Notes under the pieces: model-generated
The model's input: the letters and a program-made list of their open reading frames with translations, nothing else
What the model was told of the DNA's origin: nothing
The model's database searches: none
Origin: Eledone cirrhosa
Lineage: Eukaryota
Assembly (NCBI GenBank): GCA_964016885.1
Contig: OZ024740.1
Location: forward strand, 5,270,001-5,334,000
Direction of reading: 5' to 3'
Length of the DNA: 64,000 bases
Shown here: positions 57,880 to 64,000 of the stretch, one piece after another
How positions within the stretch are numbered: position 1 is the first letter of the stretch
How the letters are laid out: every line of letters starts with the position of its first letter
Program-made: the position numbers and the translations under genes

Positions 57880-60800
57880 TATATATCATATATATATATA
57901 TACATATATTATATATCAATTAGTCATCAGAGGTATAATATATATCGAAGAGTCATCAGAGTTATATTATATATCAAATGTCATGTGATGTATAGTATAT
58001 ATCAAATAGTCATGTGAAGTATATTATATATCAAATGTCATGTGATGTATATTATAAATCTAATGTCATGTGAGGTATATTATATATCACATGTTCATGA
58101 GAGGTATATTATATATCAAATGGTCATGAGAGGTATATTATATATCAAATGGCCATGTGAGGTATATTATATATCAAAATGTTCATGAGAGGCATATTAT
58201 ATATCAAATGGTCATGTGAGGTATATTATATATCAAAATGTTCATGAGAGGCATATTATATATCAAAATGGTCATGTGAGGTATATTATATATCAAATGG
58301 TCATGTGAGGTATATTATATATCAAAATGTTCATGAGAGGCATATTATATATCAAAATGGTCATGAGAGGCATATTATATATCAAAATGTTCATGAGAGG
58401 CATATTATATATCAAAATGGTCATGTGAGGTATATTATATATCAAAATGGTCATGTGAGGTATATTATATATCAAAATGGTCATGTGAGGTATATTATAT
58501 ATCAAAATGGTCATGAGAGGCATATTATATATCAAATGGTCATGTGAGGTATATTATATATCAAATAGTTATCAGAGGTATATTATATATCAAATGTCAT
58601 GTGAGGTATATTATATTTCAAATGTCATGTGAGGTATATTATATATCAAATGTTCATGAGAGGCATATTATATATCAAATGTCATGTGAGGTATATTATA
58701 TATCAAATGGTCATGTGAAGTATATTATATATCAAATGTCATGTGAGGTATATTATATATCAAATGTTCATGAGAGGCATATTATATATCAAATGTCATG
58801 TGAGGTATATTATATATCAAATGGTCATGTGAGGTATATTATATATCAAATGTCATGTGAGGTATATTATATATCAAATGTCATGTGAGGTATATTATAT
58901 ATCAAATGTTCATGAGAGGCATATTATATATCAAATGTCATGTGAGGTATATTATATATCAAATGGTCATGTGAAGTATATTATAATCCATAGGTCATGT
59001 GAGGGATATCATATATCAAATGGTCATGTGAGGTATATTATATATCAAATGGTTATCAGAGATATATTATATATAAAATGTCATGTGAGGTATATTATAT
59101 ATCAAATGGTCATGTGAGGTATATTATATATCAAATGGTTATCAGAGATATATTATATATAAAATGTCATGTCATGTATATTATATACCAAATGGTCATG
59201 AGAGGTATATTAGATATCAAATGGTCATGTGAGGTATATTATATATCAAATGGTCATGAGAGGCATATTATATATCAAATGGTCATGTGAGGTATATTAT
59301 ATATCAAATAGTTATCAGAGGTATATTATATATCAAATGTCATATGAGGTAAATTATATATCAAATGTCATGTGAGGTATATTATATATCAAATGGTCAT
59401 GAGAGGTATATTATATAGCAAAGGTCATGTGAAGTATATTATATATCAAATGGTCATGTGATGTATATATTATATATCAAATGGTCATCTGATATATATC
59501 ATATATCAAATGGTCATCTGAGGGATATTATATATCAAATGGTCATGAGAGGTATATAATATATCAAATGGTCATGTGATATATATTATATATCAAATGT
59601 CATGTGAGTTATATTATATATCATATGGTCATGTGTTCTATATTATTTATCAAATGGTCATGTGATGTATATTATATATCAAATGTCATGTGAGGTATAT
59701 TATATATCAAATGGTCATGTGATGTATATTATATATAAAATGGTCATGAGAGGTATATTATATATCAAATGGTCATGTGATGTATATTATATATCAAATG
59801 GTCATGAGAGGTATATTATATATAAAATGGTCATGAGAGGTATATTATATATCAAATGGTCATGTGATGTATATTATATATGAAATGGTCATGAGAGGTA
59901 TATTATATATCAAATGGTCTTGAGAGGGAAATTATATATCAAATGGTCATGTGAGGTATATTATTAATCGAATGGTCATGAGAGGTATATTATATATCAA
60001 ATGGTCATCTGAGGGATATTATATATCAAATGGTCATGTGAGGTATATTAGATATCAAATGGTCATGAGAGGTATATTATATATCAAATGGTCATGAGAG
60101 GTATATTATATATCAAATGGTCATGTGATATATATTATATATCAAATGGGGTCATGAGAGGTATATTATATATCAAATGTCATGTGAGGTATATTATATA
60201 TCAAATGTCATCTGAAATATATTATATATCAAATGGTCATGTGAGGGATATTATATATCAAAAGGTCATGAGAGGCATATTATATATCAAATGTCATGTG
60301 AGGTATATTATATATCAAATGGTCATGAGAGGTATATTATATATAAAATGGTCATGTGATGTATATTAGATATCAAATGGTCATGTGAGGTATATTATAT
60401 ATCAAATGGTCATGTGATGTATATTATATATCAAATGGTCATGAGAGGTATATTATATATCAAATGGTCATGAGAGGTATATTATATATCAAATGGTCAT
60501 GAGAGGTATATTATATATCAAATGTCATGTGAGGTATATTATATATCAAATGGTCATGTGATGTATATTATATATCAAATGGTCATGTGAGGGATATTAT
60601 ATATCAAATGGTCATGAGAGGTATATTATATATCAAATGTCATTTAATATATATCACATTTAATATAAATCACATGGTCATGTGAGGTATATTATATATC
60701 AAATGGCCATGTGATGTATATTATATATCAAATGGTCATGAGAGGTATATTATATATAAAATGGTCATGTGAGGTATATTATATATCAAATGGTCATGTG

Positions 60801-63800
60801 ATGTATATTATATATCAAATGGCCATGTGAGGTATATTATATATAAAATGTCATGAGATGTATATTATATATCAAATGGTCATGAGAGGTATATTATATA
60901 TAAAATGGTCATGTGAGGAATATTATATATCAAATGGCCATGTGATGTATATTATATATCAAATGGCCATGTGAGGTATATTATATATAAAATGTCATGA
61001 GATGTATATTATATATCAAATGGTCATGTGAGGTATATTTATATTAAATGTCATGTGAGGTATATTATATATCAAATGGTCTTGTGATGTATATTTTATA
61101 TCAAATGGTCATGAGATGTATATTATATATCAAATGGTCATGAGAGGTATATAATATATCAAATAGTCATGTGAGGTATATTATATATCAAATGGTCATG
61201 TGATCTATATTATATATCAAATGGTCATGTGATCTATATTATATATCAAATGTCATGTGAGGTATATTATATATCAAATGGTCATGTGAGGTATATTATA
61301 TATCAAATGGTCATGAGAGGTATATTATATATCAAATGATCATCTGATGTATATTATATATCAAATGGTTATCAGAGGTATATTATATATCAAATGTCAT
61401 GTGTTGTATATTATATATCAAATGGCCATGTGATGTATATTATATATCAAATGGTCATATGAGGTATATTATATATCAAATGTCATGTGAGGTATATTAT
61501 ATATCAAATGGTCATCAGAGGTATATTATATATCAAATGGTTATCAGAGGTATATTATATATCAAATGTAATGTGAGGTATATTATATATCAAATGGCCA
61601 TGTGATGTATATTATATATCAAATGGTCATATGAGGTATATTATATATCAAATGGTCATGAGAGGTATATTATATATCAAATGGTCATCAGAGGTATATT
61701 ATATATCAAATGGTTATCAGAGGTATATTATATATCAAATGTAATGTGAGGTATATTATATATCAAATGACCATGTGATGTATATTATATATGAAATGGT
61801 CATATGAGTTATATTATATATCAAATGGTCATGAGAGCTATATTATATATCAAATGGTCATGTGAGGTATATTATATATCAAATGGTCATGTGAGGTATA
61901 TTATATATCAAATGGTTATGTGAGATATATTATATATCAAATAGTCATGTGAGGTAAATTATATATCAAATGGTCATGTGACATATATTATATATCAAAT
62001 AGTCATGTGATGTATATTATATATCAAATGGTCATGTGAGATATATTATATATCAAATGGTCATGTGAGATATATTATATATCAAATGGTCATGTGAGGT
62101 ATCTTATATATCCAATGGTCATGTGAGGTATATTATATATCAAATGGTCATGAGAGATTTATTATATATCAAATGGTCATGTGAGGGATATTATATATCA
62201 AATGGTCATGTGAGGGATATTATATATCAAATGGTCATGTGAGGTATATTATATATCAAATGGTCATGAGAGGTATATTATATATAAAATGTCATGTGAT
62301 GTATATTATATATCAAATGGTCATGAGAGGAATATTATATATCAAATGGTTATGTGAGATATATTATATATCAAATGGTCATGTGAGGTATATTATATAT
62401 CAAATGGTCATGAGAGATATATTATATATCAAATGGTCATGTGAGATATATTATATATCAAATTGTTTACTCGAGAGAAGGCTACGTTGGTACGGTCACG
62501 TGATGCGCATGAAAGACGACAGCTGTATAACAAAGTGCAGGGCAATAAAGATAGACGGTAGCCACGGAGTAGGCAGACCCAGAAAAACATGGGACGAGCT
62601 GATAAATTCCGACCTTACACGCTTACACCTCTCCAAGACAATGTCACTGGACCGAGACCTTTGGCGGTACTCAGTAATAGAGAAGACCCGCCTTACCTAA
62701 ATACAAAGTAAAAACCTACTACAGTCAGTAGGCACCTCTATCAAAACACACCCCCGTCCCACCACCTCCACCCCACCCACACCGCCCCTTTCAATGTAAA
62801 GTTATGTTGGTCCCACAACATCCAGGCCGAAACAAATGAGATCGTGTAGGTGTCACGACAAAAAACACACAGTCCACGCTGTAAATGTGGCCGTGTAGGC
62901 AACACGGTAAAAACCTCCCAGCCCCACACTGTAAATGTGGTTGGTGTTAGGAAGGGCATCCAGCTGTAGAAAACCCGCCAGACAGTCCACGCTGTAATGT
63001 GGCCGTGTAGGCAACACGGTAAAAACCTCCCAGCCCCACACTGTAAATGTGGTTGGTGTTAGGAAGGGCATCCAACTGTAGAAAACCCGCCAGACAGTCC
63101 TATGCGAGCAAGACAACCACTCTTGCCTCAAGTGGGAAAACCCCCGTCCAAACCCATGCAAGCGTGGAACACGGACGCTAAACCTGATGATGATGATGAT
63201 GATGATCAAATGGTCATGTGGGGTATATTATATATCAAATGGTCTTGAGAGGGATATTATATACCAAATGGTCTCATGAGGTATATTATATATCAAATGG
63301 TCATGTAAGGTATATTATATATCAACTGGTCATGTGAGGTATATTATATATCAAATGGTCATGGGAGGTATATTATATATCAAATGGTCATGGGAGGTAT
63401 ATTATATATCAAATGGTCATGTAAGGTATATTATATATCAACTGGTCATGTGAGGTATATTATATATCAAATGGTTATGTGAGGTATATTATATATCAAC
63501 TGGTCATGTGAGGTATATTATATATCAAATGGTTATGTGAGGTATATTATATATCAACTGGTCATGTGAGGTATATTATATATCAAATGGTTATGTGAGG
63601 TATATTATATATCAACTGGTCATGTGAGGTATATTATATATCAAATGGTTATGTGAGGTATATTATATATCAACTGGTCATGTGAGGTATATTATATATC
63701 AACTGGTCATGTAAGGTATATTATATATCAACTGGTCATGTGAGGTATATTATATATCAACTGGTCATGTGAGGTATATTATATATCAAATGGTTATGTG

Positions 63801-64000
63801 AGGTATATTATATATCAACTGGTCATGGGAGGTATATTATATATCAAATGGTTATGTGAGGTATATTATATATCAACTGGTCATGTGAGGTATATTATAT
63901 ATCAAATGGTTATGTGAGGTATATTATATATCAACTGGTCATGTGAGGTATATTATATATCAAATGGTTATGTGAGGTATATTATATATCAACTGGTCAT
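57880..64000. repeat. 29-bp AT-rich satellite, consensus GGTCATGTGAGGTATATTATATATCAAAT, with 28- and 30-bp variants; interrupted at 62464-63204 and running off the window end
   Basis: Direct periodicity. A 30-bp run at ~58320-58530 and 28-bp variants concentrated around 58590-58950. Confidence 0.98.
62464..63204 (+). mobile_element. 5'-truncated RTE-clade LINE, copy 3, inserted in the 29-bp satellite
   Basis: Translates as CLLERRLRWYGHVMRMKDDSC...GRPRKTW..., then a 3' UTR and (GAT)n tail. TSD ATCAAAT at 62457-62463 and 63205-63211. Confidence 0.96.

Noticed and set aside
58293-62700. Repetitive ORFs, including the 153-aa satellite-RTE fusion at 62239-62700
   Set aside because: Chance open frames in the 28-30-bp satellite. 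The fusion is just the insertion junction falling in frame.

Overview
Repeat-rich eukaryotic DNA with no recognisable host protein-coding gene. The repeat families and microsatellite density suggest a mollusc, probably a cephalopod (inference only). The window has three zones. (1) ~400-49,030 is one uninterrupted, single-orientation array of a 20-bp satellite (consensus TGTAGTGTGGTAGTGTCACC, ~2,400 monomers) built from nested kb-scale duplications. (2) 49,031-57,850 is a dense nest of retroelements. It holds a rearranged Penelope-like (Naiad-type) element with an inverted RT fragment, a GIY-YIG endonuclease and a hammerhead ribozyme, palindromic copies of its pLTR end, and two further hammerhead-like motifs. 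It also holds several 5'-truncated RTE-clade LINEs with (GAT)n tails (one has an open RT ORF carrying a PHD-type finger), a SINE fragment, a hAT MITE, a piggyBac-like MITE fragment and microsatellites. (3) ~57,880-64,000 is a 29-bp AT-rich satellite interrupted by an RTE insertion with a target-site duplication. Most short ORFs in the supplied track are repeat artefacts. All coordinates and counts were read by eye; no database searches were run.
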